The position numbers were made by a program, and so were the translations under genes. The notes beneath the pieces are model-generated. The model was not told where the DNA came from, did not search any database, and saw only the letters and a program-made list of their open reading frames with translations. Positions 1 through 12,965 of a stretch of 64,000 nt of DNA are shown here, piece by piece. Every line of letters begins with the position of its first letter. Within the stretch, counting starts at the first letter, position 1. This stretch comes from Camelus dromedarius (lineage: Eukaryota): positions 40,674,001 through 40,738,000 of the forward strand of contig NC_087436.1 of assembly GCF_036321535.1 (NCBI RefSeq). The letters are read 5' to 3'.

Positions 1-149
1 TGAATAAGGAACTGTTTCAAAATAGTTTTGTGCCCAGTCCAGGCCAAGAGAGATGAGAGGTATTCTAGGGAGATCTTGGATTCTTCATTTATTTGGTATT
101 AAGAGATTGTTGCTGCAAGAGGTAGCATTTTCTTTCCATAATGTCATAT

Positions 150-368
150 ATTTATATGGAAAGCTGCAAACATCTTCTGCCAGACTAAGACTGAAACTGC
201 AAGGCAAAGTTGAGGGGCAGAGCTGAGAGATTTGCATAAAAAGGAGCTGAAGCCTAGACTGACTGAACATGGCAGGCCATGTCTTTAATATGTAGACTTT
301 CTCAGTTAAATATGCCAATTTATCCTCTTCGTTGTATGAGCCAGGGTTGTTTTCTGCTACATGTAACT
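150..368 (+). mobile_element. Old MaLR (MLT1-type) LTR 3' fragment
   Basis: Ends in 'gactttctcagttaaatatgccaatttatcc...gccagggttgttttctgctacatgtaac', resembling the MLT1 LTR terminus. Confidence 0.45.
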
Positions 369-900
369 TATACTAGCTTAAATGTAAATGTATGTTCATT
401 AAAAGGTAAGATAAATTTAAAATATTTTAAATAGGCTATACTTTCTTTAAAATTATTTTCTGTATATTTTGTCATACATCTGTTCTTTAAAAAACAAAAA
501 TATTTCAAAATACATAAATATTCTGTTGGACTACAGGAAACACTAAAATGAAGCATATTATTTGAAATCTTTTTAATATTTCCTGAGGAAACTAAAATGT
601 CTGATTTATTCTTTTGAGATTTTTTTTTCTAGTTCTAGGGTAAGTATAGCCAACCTGTAATTTAATTGTCTCTTAATTATAACAGGAAGTTGCTGAACAT
701 TTTTTCAATCAGTGAAATTTCATCTAGAGTTTAATCTTCTTCAATAAAACTTTCTATAATTTTACATTAAATATTTTAGACATTTTTATGAAAGTAAAAT
801 ATTGTTTTTTCCTGATTGTAAGTATTCCCTGAAAGCAATCCTAACATTGTGGTGAATCTAACCCCACAGGGTAACATTTCCTTCCTCTTACTTCATTTTA

Positions 901-2032
901 TTTTATTTCATTTTATTTTTTTAACATTTTTTATTAATTTGTAATCATTTTACAATGTTGTGTCAAATTCCAGTGTAGAGCACAATTTTTCAGTTATACA
1001 TGAACATATATATATATTCATTGTCACAATTTTTTCTCTGTGAGCTAACATAAGATCTTGTGTATATTTCCCTGTGCTATACAGTATAATCTCGTTTATC
1101 TATTCTACAATTTTGAAATCCCAGTCTATCTCTTCCCACCGCCCGCCCCCTTGGCAACCACGTTTGTATTCTATGTCTCTGAGTCTATTTCTGTTTTGTA
1201 TTTATGCTTTGTTTGTTTTTTCTTTTTTAGATTCCACTTATGAGCGATCTCATATGGTATTTTTCTTTCTCTTTCTGGCTTACTTCACTTAGAATGACAT
1301 TCTCCAGGAACATCCATGTTGCTGTAAATGGCGTTATGTTGTCAGGTTTTATGGCTGAGTAGTATTCCATTGTATAAATATACCACCTCTTCTTTATCCA
1401 GTCATCTGTTGATGGACATTTAGGCTGTTTTCATGTCTTGGCTATTGTAAATAGTGCTGCTATGAACATTGGGGTGCAGGTGTCATCCTGAAGTAGGGTT
1501 CCTTCTGGATATGTGCCCAGGAGCGGGATTCCTGGCTCATATGATAAGTCTATTCCTAGTCTTTTGAGGAATCTCCATACTGTTTTCCACAGGGGCTGCA
1601 CCAAACTACATTCCCACCAGCAGTGAAGGAGGGTTCCCTTTTCTCCACAGCCTTGCCAGCATTTGTCATTTGTGGATTTTTGAATGATGGCCATTCTGAC
1701 TGGTGTGAGGTGATACCTCATTGTAGTTTTGATTTGCATTTCTCTGATAATTAGTGATATTGAGCATGTTTTTCATGTGCTTTTTGATCATTTGTATTTC
1801 TTCCTTGGAGAATTGCTTGTTTAGGTCTTCTGCCCATTTTTGGATTGGATTGTTTATTTTTTTCTTATTGAGTTGTATGAGCTGCTTATACATTCTGGAG
1901 ATCCAGCCTTTGTCGGTTTCATTTGCAAAATTTTTTTCCCATTCTGTAGGTTGTCTTTTTGTTTTACTATGATTTCCTTTGCTGTGCAGAAGCTTGTAAG
2001 TTTCATTAGGTCCCATTTGTTTATTCTTGCGT
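901..2032 (-). mobile_element. 5'-truncated lineage-specific LINE-1 (ORF2 C-terminus + 3'UTR + A-rich tail)
   Basis: Minus ORFs 1431..1739 ([19 protein letters not shown]...CWWEC...[15 protein letters not shown]) and 1666..2016 are L1 ORF2 C-terminal sequence. T-rich tail at ~901-925. TSD ttacttcatttta at 888-900 and 2033-2045, with a TTTT/AA endonuclease site at 2041-2046. Confidence 0.95.
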
Positions 2033-3109
2033 TTACTTCATTTTAATGTTAATGTCCATCTCCTGGGCAACACGTGCCCAAGTAAAGGTGAGAACAGCAT
2101 CATGAAATTGACTTTACCAGCTACATGACTAAAGAGCTGCACCTAAAGACAAAGACAGGTTTAAATTAAAAATTAAATAGCAGAAATTATAAATTGAGAG
2201 AAAAGGTATATTGAGGTGATATCCATGGACAAAGTAGGAATTATGTGTAAGATATTTTCTTTTTAAAAAAAATCTCTGAAACCTTAGTGTTTCACTATGA
2301 ACTTTCAAAATATAATTAAGGGTGAAAACTATTCAGCCTAGATTCACACTAAGTTAACTGGGAGTATAAAGCAATTTGGAAAATTGGTATTAAAATTTTC
2401 AAAATAATAGATAGAGATTGATTTTTTTCTTGTAACTAACTCATCACTTATTTTTAGAGATACCTCTATGTTCCTAATTTTTATTTTAATTTTCTTTAAA
2501 AATTCCTGATATTTCTAAAAACTATTTGAAGTATTTAGACTTTGATTTTCATTTTTAGTCAAAGGAAGTATTGCCTTTTATTATTTGATCAGTTAGTTTG
2601 GATATCTCACTTGATGTGTCTGAAATTTAAGAGTTTTCACATTTTTATATAAATTATAATGTTTGCTTTAGTTAACTTACACACCTGAATATTAAAACTA
2701 CATAAGATAATTGATGTATGAGAGTATGGTAAATGTTTCTTTATCCACGTAAGTAATACATATTTTCCCATTGCTTAGAAAGTTTGTTTTTATTTATTAA
2801 ATAATTAGGATTTTGAGTAGGTGTTTTGGAAAATGTTAACTGTCCAATTTGCTTAATTGGTTAATAGATTGAAAAGTATATGCCTGGTAAAGCAAAAGCT
2901 GAGAAAATAAATTTAATATAATAGACAATTCCTGTGAGGGTTCAGAAGTCATATGTTCTAGATTGAAATGAAGAGAATTTAGTTTTAAAATTTTTCACTT
3001 AAGCAGTATGACAACATTTCCGTTAACTGGAATCTTCCATTGACTAAAATACAAGTTTAAAAAGTTTTTATTATAATCTAGAAATATACCTATTCAATAG
3101 TCTGACTCT

Positions 3110-3258
3110 TTCTTTCCAATAGAATTTTTCATGATGATAGAAGCATTTTACACTATGAATTATGGTAGCTAATAGTAGCCACATGTGGCTATTGGGCACT
3201 TGAAATGTAGATACTGTGACTGAAGAAGTGAACTTTGAGTTTAATTTATAATTAATTT
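3110..3258. mobile_element. MER3-like hAT-Charlie non-autonomous DNA transposon fragment
   Basis: 'ccaatagaatttttcatgatgatagaa...tagccacatgtggctattgggcacttgaaatgt...tgactgaagaagtgaact' matches the MER3 pattern. Confidence 0.75.
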
Positions 3259-3645
3259 CTTTGAAATAATTGTATATCCACATGAAGCTGTAAGAAATAA
3301 TAGTGAGATCATATGTATCTTTTACCCAGTTATTCTCAATGGTCATGTATTACAAAACTATATTGCAATATCACAAGCTGGACGATGTCAATGACAGTCA
3401 GGATACAGAATATCCCATCACCACCAGTACCCCTCATGTTGTTCTTTTATAGTCACACCCACTTCCTTCCTGCTCCAGCCCCTGCTAAACTCCTGGAAGC
3501 CACTAATTTGTTCTCTATTGAAAAGTTTGTTGTTTCAAGAATGATCTATAAGTGGAATCTAATAGTATTATATGACTTTTTGAGATAGTTTTTTAATCAT
3601 CATATTTCCCTGGAGACTCAAGCAGGTTATTGTGTGTATCAATAG

Positions 3646-3699
3646 TTTGTTCTTTCTATTGCAGAGCAGTGTTTTGTTCTTTCTATTGCAGAGCAGTGT
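3646..3699 (+). repeat. Perfect 27-bp tandem duplication inside the old L1
   Basis: tttgttctttctattgcagagcagtgt x2. Confidence 0.9.
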
Positions 3700-4233
3700 C
3701 CTTTGGTATTTATGCATCCTAGTTTGCTTAACCATTCACATAATGCATGGTATATGGTTTTTTCAAGGTTATGGCTATCACTAATGAAGCTGCTATAAAC
3801 ATCTCTATACAGGTGTTTGTGTGAATATATTCCACTTTCATTTCTCTGGAATAAATGCCCAGAAGAGCAATTGCTGGATTTTGAAGTATTGCTGTGTTTA
3901 GGGTTCTTTGTTTTCGTTTTTTTTAAAAGAAACTGCCAACCTGTTTTCCAGAGTGGCTGTCTCATTTTCCACTCTCCCAGCAGAGTGATTGAGTTTGTTG
4001 TTTTGCCAGCTTTGATGTTGTCACTATTTTAACCATCATGATAGATGTATGGTGATAGCTCATTGTAGTTTTCACTTGGGTTTTTCTGAGGCTACGATGT
4101 AGAACATCTTCTCATAGGCTTATCTACCATCTGTATGTCTTCTTCCCTGAAAAGCCTGTTCATGTCTTTAGCCTATTTTCTAATTGGATTGTTTTCTGTT
4201 TTTTTCCCCAATAAGTTATGAGAGTTCTTCATA

Positions 4234-4585
4234 TTTTTTTCTTCCAGTTTTATTGATATGCCAATTATGCTGTATGTCAATTATAAGTTGAAGGTGTAGA
4301 ACATGATTTGATTTACATATATCATAAGTTGATTATCACAGTAAGCTTAGTAAACATCTATACAACATTACAAGAAAATGTGTTTCTATTTTTTAATGAG
4401 AATTCAGGATTTACACTCTTAATTTTCATATATAACATACAGCCATGTTAATTATATTCACAGTGTTATACACCTCTAGTATTTACAACTGGAAATTTTT
4501 ACCTTTTGACTATCTTCATCCACTCCCTCTATCCTCTCCCCACCCTCCAATCCCCTACCATTGGAGGGGGGGTTCTCTGAGTTTG
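4234..4585 (-). mobile_element. L1 3'UTR fragment (intermediate-age family) nested in old L1M
   Basis: T tract then 'cttccagttttattgatat...aaggtgtagaacatgatttgatttacata'. Homologous to 12533-12685. Confidence 0.7.
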
Positions 4586-4835
4586 TTTCTTTCTTTTTTT
4601 TAAATTGAAGTATAGTCAGTTACAATGTGTCAATCACTGGTGTACAGCATAATATCCCAGTCAAACATATACATACATATGTTCGTTTTCATAGTCCTTT
4701 TTGTTAAAGGTTATTACAAGATACTGAATATAGTTCCCTGTGCTATACAGAAATTTGTTTTTTATCCATTTTTATATATTATGGTTACTATTTGCAAATC
4801 TCAAACTCCCAAATTTATCCCTTCCCACCCCCTTC
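4586..4835 (-). mobile_element. Short lineage-specific L1 3' end
   Basis: 'ttttttaaattgaagtatagtcagttacaatgtgtcaat...ctcaaactcccaaatttatcccttccc' is the reverse complement of the 3'UTR seen at 60500-60710. The host L1M resumes at 'ctagataccagtcc'. Confidence 0.85.
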
Positions 4836-6989
4836 CTAGATACCAGTCCTTTATTAGATACATGGTTTGGAAATATACCTTCTCTAGTCTGAAGGGTGTC
4901 TCTTCAGCCTTTAAATATGGACTTCCATGGAGCAAAGTATTTTCATTTTGATGAAATCAGATTTATCAGGTTTTCTTTTTATTGACTGTCTTTTTAATGT
5001 CAACTGAGACACAGTGTGTAGGCCTAGATCTCACAGATTATTTTTTGTATGAATTTTATAGTTTGTAATTTACATGTAACTCTATTCATTTTCGGTTAAT
5101 ATTTCAAAAATTTTAGATTTACATAAAGGTTTATTTTTTGCCTATGAACATCTCATTGCTCCAGTTGAAAAGGCTATCCTTCTATTGAATTACCTGTACA
5201 TCTGTATCAAAAATTAGTTGAGCATCATTGCATGGTTCTATTTTTATTGCTTTATTGATCTTTGTCTATTTCTTTAACGATACCACACATTTCTGAGTAT
5301 TTTAACTACATAGTGTTAATATTAAAGTGAAAGATTTTTTCCACTCTATTCTTGTCATCAAGATGGACTTAGCTATTCTAGGCCCTGTGGCCATGCAAAA
5401 ATTCTTAGTGATATTTTCATAGGAGTATTATTAACTCTAAAGATCAGTTTAGGAAGGATTGATGTCTTTACTATGTTAAGTTTCCCAATCCATGTTTGTC
5501 TAATTTGATTTATCAGATCTGTAGTTATCAGCATGAGTTTTATGTATATTTTAAGTGTATATTTCATTTTCTTTGAAGCAACTAAGTGGTATTGATTTTA
5601 ATTTTCATGTTGTCATGTTCATTGTTAGTATATAAAAATGTGATTTTTAGTTCTTTGATCTTTACCCTGAAAACTTCCTGAACTCATTTTTTAGGGTTTT
5701 GTTTTTGTAAATTCTACAAAATGGAGATAATCATGACTTCTGCAAATAGCGGTAGTTTTATATCTTCCTTTCCAGTCTATATATATTTTCTTTCTTTTTA
5801 TTGCCCCATTTCACTGACTAGACCCTCCAGCACTTGGCTGAATAAAAGCATAAGCTAAGATCAGACATCCCTGACATTTCCTGATGTTGCTAGAATAGCA
5901 TTCATTATAGAATTAAGTATAGTATTAACTGTAGGGTTTTTGTTGATGTCCTGAATCAAGTAAAGAATGTTCTCTTCTATTCCTAATTTTATTATATATA
6001 TTTTTATCATTAATGGATGTTGAATGATGTTTCTATATCACATGATATAATCACATGCAGTTTTTTCTGAAGCTTGTTGACATAGTAGGTTACTTTGATT
6101 TTAAAATGTTCTAACAGCTTTGCATATTAGGAATAATTCCAATTTGGCTGTGGTGTACAATTTAATGTTTACCTTAACAAAATATAATCAAATGGAGTTC
6201 ATATTTTGTTTCTATATTCATGAAAGATACTATTCTATAGTTTTCCTCTTTTTTAGTTCTGTTATTGCATGGTTTTGATTTTAGGTTAATATTGTCCTAA
6301 TGAAATGAGTCAGGAGTGTATTCCTTTATCTTCTATATTTTGGAAGGGATTGTGTAAAATTTCTGTTAATTTTTCTTTAAATTGTCTTTGAATACTCTGG
6401 CCTTAGGAGATGTCCATTTTTCGATGAGGGGAATTTTAAATTACAAATTCAATTTCTTTGATGGTTATAGGCCCATTCAAATTTTTCTATTTCAATAAGT
6501 TAATTTGTGTTTGAGGAATTGTTCCATTCCTTCTAAGTTGTCTATTTTTAATATAAAGTTCATAATATCTCTTCTTCTTTTTTTTCTTCTATCTTTTTAA
6601 TAGCTTCAAGATATGTAGTAATGCTTGGCTCTTTTACTCCTGAAGTTGGAAATTGTGTCTTACGTTTTTTTATTTTTTGGCAGTCTTGCTGGAAGTTTAT
6701 CTTTTTTTTTCTTACAGAAAGATCAATGATACGCAAAGCTCTTTATTATTTTCTTTTATATTGTACTTATTTTTTATCTTAATTATTTTTAAATGATTAT
6801 TATTTATTTCCTATCTCTTTTTCCAGCTCATTTTACTTCTCTTTGCCTGGACTCTTGGTCAGTAACTTCCATTTATCTTTGAGACTTTTTCTCATTTCTA
6901 ATGTAATCACACAGAAATTTTCCTCTAAGTTCTTCCTCAGGGACATCCAACATTTGAAATGTTGTGTTTAAATTTTTCTAAATACACTT

Positions 6990-8350
6990 CTGTGTATATT
7001 TCCATCATAGTTTTACAAGAAATTGAATATAACTCCCTGTCCTATGGAGTAAATTCTTTGTTGTTTACCTATTTTATATACGGTAGTATGCATCTGTTAA
7101 TCCCATACTCCCAATTTATCTCCTCCTCCCACTTCTCCTTTGGTAACCGTAAGTTTGTTTTCTGTATCTATGAGTCTGTTTCTGTTTTGTAAATAAGTTC
7201 ATTTATACTATTAGAGTCCACATGAAAGTGATATTATACAATATTTGTCTTTCTTTGACTTACTTCACTCAGTATGATAATCTCCAGGTCCACCTATGTT
7301 GCTACAAATGGCATTATTTCATTCTTTTTTATGGCTGAGTAACACTCCATTTAGTGTGTGTGTGTGTGTGTATGTGTGTGTGTATTACCACATCTTATCC
7401 TCTCATCTGCAGTGGACACTTAGGTTGCTTTCATGTCTTGGTTACTGTAAATAGTGCCATTACAAACATTGGAGTGCATATATCTTTTTCAATTAGAGAC
7501 TTTTGTCTTTTCCAAATATATGCCTAGGATTGGGATTGCTGGGTCATATGGTAGTTGTATTTCTAGTTTATTAAGGAACCTCCATACTATTTTCTGTAGT
7601 GCCTCACCAGTTTACACTTCCACCAACAGTGTAGGAGTGTTTCTTTTTCTCCACACCCTCTCCAGCATTTCTTAATTATAGACTTTTTGATGATAGTCAT
7701 TCTGACATTATAGTTTTGATTTGCATTTTTCTAATAATTAGTGATATTAAGTATCTCTTCATGTTCCTGCTGGCCATCTGTATGTCTTCTTTGGAGAAAT
7801 GTCTATTTAGGTCTTCTGCCTATTTTTGATTGGGTTGTTTTTGTTACTGAGTTGTATGAGCTGCTTGTATATTTTGGAAATTAAGACCTTGTCACTTGCA
7901 TTGCTTGCAGATTGTTTTTCTCATTCCATAGGTATGGTTTCCTTTGCTGTGCAAAAGCTTTTAAGTTTGATTAGGTCTCATTTGTTTATTTTTGCTTTTT
8001 TATTTTGCCTTGAGAGGTCTACCTAAGAAAAATACTGCTACAATTTATGTCAGAGAATGTTTTACCTGTGCTTTCTCTTCTAGGACTTTTATGACGTCCT
8101 GTCTTATGTTTAAGTCTTTAAGCCATTATGAATTTTATTTTTGTGTATGGTATGAGGGAGTGTTCTAATTTCATTGATTTACATGTGGCTGTCCAGCTTT
8201 CCCAATACCACTTGCAGAATAGAGACTGTCTTTTTCCTTCATTGTATATTCTTGTCTTCTTTGTTACAGATTAATTGACGGTAGGTGTGGGGGTTTATTT
8301 CTGGGCTTTCTATTTCTGTTCCTTTGATCTGTAAGTCTGTTTTTGTGCCT
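6990..8350 (-). mobile_element. Lineage-specific L1 fragment (ORF2 3' part + partial 3'UTR) nested in old L1M
   Basis: Antisense L1 ORF2 3' sequence (tttgctgtgcaaaagcttttaagtttgattaggtctcatttg), homologous to 901-2032 and 37500-38800. Confidence 0.9.
7354..7383 (+). repeat. (GT)n microsatellite within L1
   Basis: gtgtgtgtgtgtgtgtgtatgtgtgtgtgt. Confidence 0.9.
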
Positions 8351-9269
8351 ATAATCATTTTTAAGACATCTTCTTTTCATATGGATTATTTAAAAGTATT
8401 TACTTTCATGTGTTTAGACAGTTTTATTTCTGCTGTTGAATTTGTTTGATTCTATTGTCAGATTTTATTGTAGGATTTTTGGATGTTTTGTTTGCTTGTT
8501 TTATGGCCCAGCATAAGATTTATCTTGGTGAATAGTCTATGTGATCTTAGACAATTTTTTTCATTGTTTGTTCTCTGGAGTATATTATGTCAATTTTAAT
8601 CTGCCAGTTGATTGTTTTGTTTAGATTTTCTTCATCCTTTTTGATTTTCTCTTTGGCATTTCTATCAGTTGAGATAAAGGTTGTTGAAACCCTCAAGTAT
8701 AATTGTCTATCACTTTTCATCTCCATCAGTTTTTTTCTCCACGTACTTTTAGGCTCTGCTGTTTGGTACACACACATTTAAGACTATTGTGTCTTCTTGG
8801 TGGATTGATGACCTGTTTATCATTATATTAAACCCCTTTTGACCATAGCCATTATCTTTGTTCTGACATCTGTTTAATCAAATATTAATATATCCAATCA
8901 TTTTTTAAACAGTTTCCATGGTATATCTTTCATCTTTTACTTTAAAGCCACCTATGTTGCTGATTTCGAAGTGAGATTTTTATAAGCTGAATATAGTTTG
9001 ATCATGTTAATATAGCCATTCTGCCCATCTCTATCTTTTGACTAGTAATCTTAAGCACTAACATATCAATAATGATCTTAAATGTAAATTGCCTATGCCT
9101 GCAATTTCAATATTTTCTCTATTTCTTGTTCTAGATCCTTTTTGTTATTACTGTTTCTTGCATTGCTGTAGGTTACTTACTTTTTCATTTCATATTGATT
9201 TACTCAGTGTTTTTGATCTATAATTTGTTTATATTTTCTCTTTTCTTTTTTATATTGTATTTATATACA

Positions 9270-9430
9270 TAGATGAGTGCCTATAAATGAACGAGAGAGA
9301 GAAAGAGCAGATAAATGATAAAGCAAAAGTAGAAAAATGTTAATGTATGGATCTGCATAGAAGATATACAAGTTAGAAGAATAGTACAACAAACTTCTAC
9401 AATTTTGAAAATATCCCAAATAGAGTTTAA
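9270..9430 (+). mobile_element. L1ME-type 3' end remnant
   Basis: 'aatgataaagcaaaagtagaaaaatgttaa...ggatctgcatagaagatataca...aacttcta...tttgaaa'. Confidence 0.5.
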
Positions 9431-11435
9431 TTTTTAAGCATTGAATTGGGTATTTTAAGGATAACTTAAAACTCAGTGGATTTAATTAGAAAAGAGAAAA
9501 TATTAGTTTTCACTTCTCTACTCTCCTTTATCAGTTATATTTCCTTGGATAGCATGTGCTTACTATCAATGAGTTACGCTTTTTAGAAATCATGATTCAT
9601 GACCATGAAATTTTTGATTTAATCTCAGTTTCTAAATTTCATAAAAATTAATTTAAAAACCAAAGACAATCTTTGCAGAGAGTTTATACTTCATGTTAAA
9701 ATTATATTTTCTAATCAGTTAAAATATACAACTCAGAAAATACTTTTTTCATTTATATTTAAAATGCAGGCTAGGGAATAGTACAATATTTAATATATAA
9801 GAAAAAGACTCCTGCTTAAATAAAACAAATATTTGCTTCACCTATAGGTAAAAAATGTCATTCATTTCCCTGTATATGCGTATATATTTAGATGACTCTC
9901 AAATTAGCTTATAAACTTTATGCTCATTTTAGTTTTATTGTCTTAAATTATAGTGCAGCTACATATCTGCATGTCACTTTTCTCTTCATGACAATTAAGA
10001 TAAAGGATGAAAAGAGTACAAACACAGGGCTATGTGCTTGACAGCTAAAAAAGAACATTGTTAATTCTTTTAGTATATACCTGAAGATGGAAAAGAAACT
10101 GCCTTTGGAGACTTTGGAACTTTCCTTTTTCCTCATATTGACTCTAGTTAGTACCATTAGTAAAATATCTTCATTTAATGTCATTAAAAAAAGAAAATTA
10201 TTATTCTATATATTATGCCAAAGGATTAAAATTTTCATAGTTTTCATTTTCAACTACATATAGTAATATGTGCTAGATTCCTTTCTATTGTATCTACTAT
10301 TCTGGACCTTATAATATATGTTTATAAAAATCTCTGAATCTTATGATATACCACATAAATTTAGTAAGTTGAATCAGCAATGGAAGTTTTTCTCATTAAT
10401 CGTGAAAATAAATTTATCTTTATAGGCTGGAAATATGTTCTTCTTTTGCTTTAGTTAGAAAGTCTGAGGACTGGACAACTATTTATATACTGGATTGAGA
10501 TTAGGAATGTTTTAAGCTCATGTGAACATACTGTATTATAATTTGTAGAACATCATCACCATGTTAAAAAAAATCAAATATTTTATGCATATTTTGAACT
10601 CTAAATATTATAGACATTCAAATGTCATTTATTTATTTAGAATTCAGAACCAGACAGATTCTTGTACTATAAGAGCTCTTTAAACTGGTGGTTTAGATTT
10701 AAAAATTCAGGATAATAAGAGAGGTCATCCTCACTTACTTGAGACTTTTTCTGAGCTGTGTTTCCAGTAGCAGAATTGTGGTGGCAGAGTATAAAAATAT
10801 TTTAGTTTGAGAATGTTATACTGACTCATCTTCGAGGACAGCTGTATGGGGTCACAGTCCCACTAACATGAGCTTTCATGTACTCCACATCCTTTTCAGA
10901 GATTATATTAACCTTTAACCAGTAAATATGTGAACAGAGTGATAGCACATCTCTTCCTTTTTTTTTTTCATTTTTTTCCTAATTATAACTGAATTGACTT
11001 TCTACTCATATGTTAGCCTTTTGGATTTTCTCAGCTGCAAATGTTCATTTATATGAGTTTTTCATATAACATCTGTATATGGAGAGATGTGATGTCAAAA
11101 AACACATGTAATTTTATGTATATTATATATATACTTTTATACAGGTATATATGTATATAAATGTTATGCAATTATATGGCCAGCCACATATTGCCATGGC
11201 AGATCAGTTTTGCCTATATATATAATCCTCCAGAATGTCATTTTTCATATATATATATCTTTAGTGATATTTGTTTACTGGACCATAAATGTCCCTGGTT
11301 GAGCTGAGCACCTCATGTACAATTAACTAGTTTTCCTAATATCATCTGCTATTAAATTATCTGTTTTATGATTATTTTAATATACTTTATAGACCTCAGG
11401 ATTAGGTGCCATACTATAACTGATTCATGCATGTC

Positions 11436-11500
11436 TAGTATTAGTATTAGTATTAGTATACTAATAATAAATACTAATAAATACTATTAGTATTTAATAA
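11436..11500. repeat. (TAGTAT)n repeat merging into AT-rich palindromes
   Basis: tagtat x4, 16-bp palindrome tattagtatactaata (11451-11466), hairpin taaatacta-t-tagtattta. Confidence 0.85.
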
Positions 11501-11559
11501 TTATATCCAATTATTTGCTAACACAGTAGCTACCATTTAACTCTAAGAGGCAGAATACT

Positions 11560-12130
11560 GTCAGTACCATACCTTCAGTTTGTCTCCCTCTCAATCTCAT
11601 CTTACATCCTCAAATTGAACAGTATTCTGAAGTTTTTGTTAACACTTTTTAATTTTTTGCCATGCATATTTTATAGCTACATTATCTTTTTTGTGACTTA
11701 TATTTTTATATTTACAAAGAGGGCATCCTTTGTGATCTTCTGGCAATTTTTTTTTCAATCACTGTTATGCTATTAAAAGTAATTCGTATCTCTGTAGTGT
11801 TCTACTTTACTCAGTTCACTGTTGTCTTGCATAAACATACCACATCTTTTTATCCAGTTTCTTATCAATAGGAATTAATTTTTTTCAGTGTCATTCTGCA
11901 TTGTACCTTCTTAGGAATAGGCTAATGATGACATGCAAGAGAATTATTGGAGTTTCTATTTAGGAGTGGGAGGCTTAAGGTATAGGAAATTCACATATGT
12001 AAGAATTGGAAAATTGTACAATCTCCAAGCAATTGGAAAGCAGTGTTAGTTTAATATACACTGACACCAGCAGTAAGTAAGAAACGTCACTTATTCACAT
12101 CTTTTCTAATTCCTGGCAAATCATACTGCT
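11560..12130 (-). mobile_element. Ancient L1ME-like remnant
   Basis: Degenerate antisense L1 3' motifs ('aacataccacatcttttt atcc', 'atttaggagtggga', 'acactgacaccagcagta'). Confidence 0.45.
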
Positions 12131-12202
12131 CTTTACTAAACTAAGAAGCAAAACTAAAATCCCTTTTTATTAGGTTTTAGAGATTCTATATTAATGTTTC
12201 CC

Positions 12203-12412
12203 ACAGAGGCACAGATTGTAGTGATGTACCTGCAAGCCAACGAAGGCCAGTGATTGCTGACAACTACCAGAGACTGCCAAAAGCTAAAAACAATTTTCCC
12301 CTAGAGCATGGCCCTACTGAAATGTTGATTTTGGTCTTCCACTGCGAGAGAAGACATTTCTGTTTAAGTCATCTAGCTTGTGTACTCTGTCGGGCAGCCC
12401 TAGGAAACTAAC
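12203..12412 (+). mobile_element. MaLR LTR fragment (MLT1B/C-like)
   Basis: 'gaggcacagattgtagtgatgtacctgcaagccaacgaaggcca...gcagccctaggaaactaaca'. Confidence 0.8.
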
Positions 12413-12532
12413 ATAGTGCCATAGAAAAATGGGGGCAAGAGAAATATATAAACATAGATTGTTTTATAAAGGAAAAGAACTTGAGTTCCTTCTTTCAGAA
12501 GAACAATAATCCATTAGTATACCAATGGGTTA

Positions 12533-12965
12533 TTTTTCTTCCAGTTTGACTGGGATATAATTAACATACAGCACTAAGTTTAAGGTGTACAAGAGAATTA
12601 TTTGACTTACATACATCCTGAAATGATTACCACAGTGACTTTAATGACTATCCATCATCTCAATAGATACAAAATTTAAAAAAGAGCCTGATGTCGGGAT
12701 TGGCTCATTCGGTCCTTGCCGAGAACCCCTACAACTGTGATTATCTTCCCACTTGTAAGGGTCCGTCTTGACAATACTGTATCTCTGCCCCTCCTACTCT
12801 GCCCCTCCTACTATCTCATTGTAGTTCCTTCTTTAGTTCTGGGAAGTCTTTTCTGTTAGACATCAGGGTGTTTTCATAGATAGTTGCTCTGTAAATCATT
12901 GTCATTTCGGTGTGCCCAGGAGAGGAGGTGAGATTAGGGTCTTCCTATTCTGCCATCTTGGCCAC
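12533..12965 (-). mobile_element. L1 extreme 5'UTR (~280 bp) joined directly to an L1 3' end (~150 bp)
   Basis: Minus strand begins 'ggccaagatggcagaataggaagaccctaatctcacctcctctcc' (L1 5' start). 12533-12685 is a 3' terminus homologous to 4234-4380. Confidence 0.75.

Larger units (their letters stand above)
3259..9200 (-). mobile_element. Ancient L1M (L1MB/L1MC-like) element, degenerate, interrupted by younger L1 insertions
   Basis: 3'UTR 'tgaaataattgtatatccacatgaagctgtaagaaataa...' followed by decayed antisense ORF2 (e.g. minus ORFs 3639..3965 'QPLWKTGWQFL', 5373..5567 'WIGKLNIVKTSILPKLIFR', 8547..8777). Confidence 0.8.

Noticed and set aside
2037..2142. Possible minus-strand exon (acceptor ctttgtctttag, donor at the L1 TSD)
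   Set aside because: All three frames hit stops, the peptide is not recognisable and there are no partner exons.
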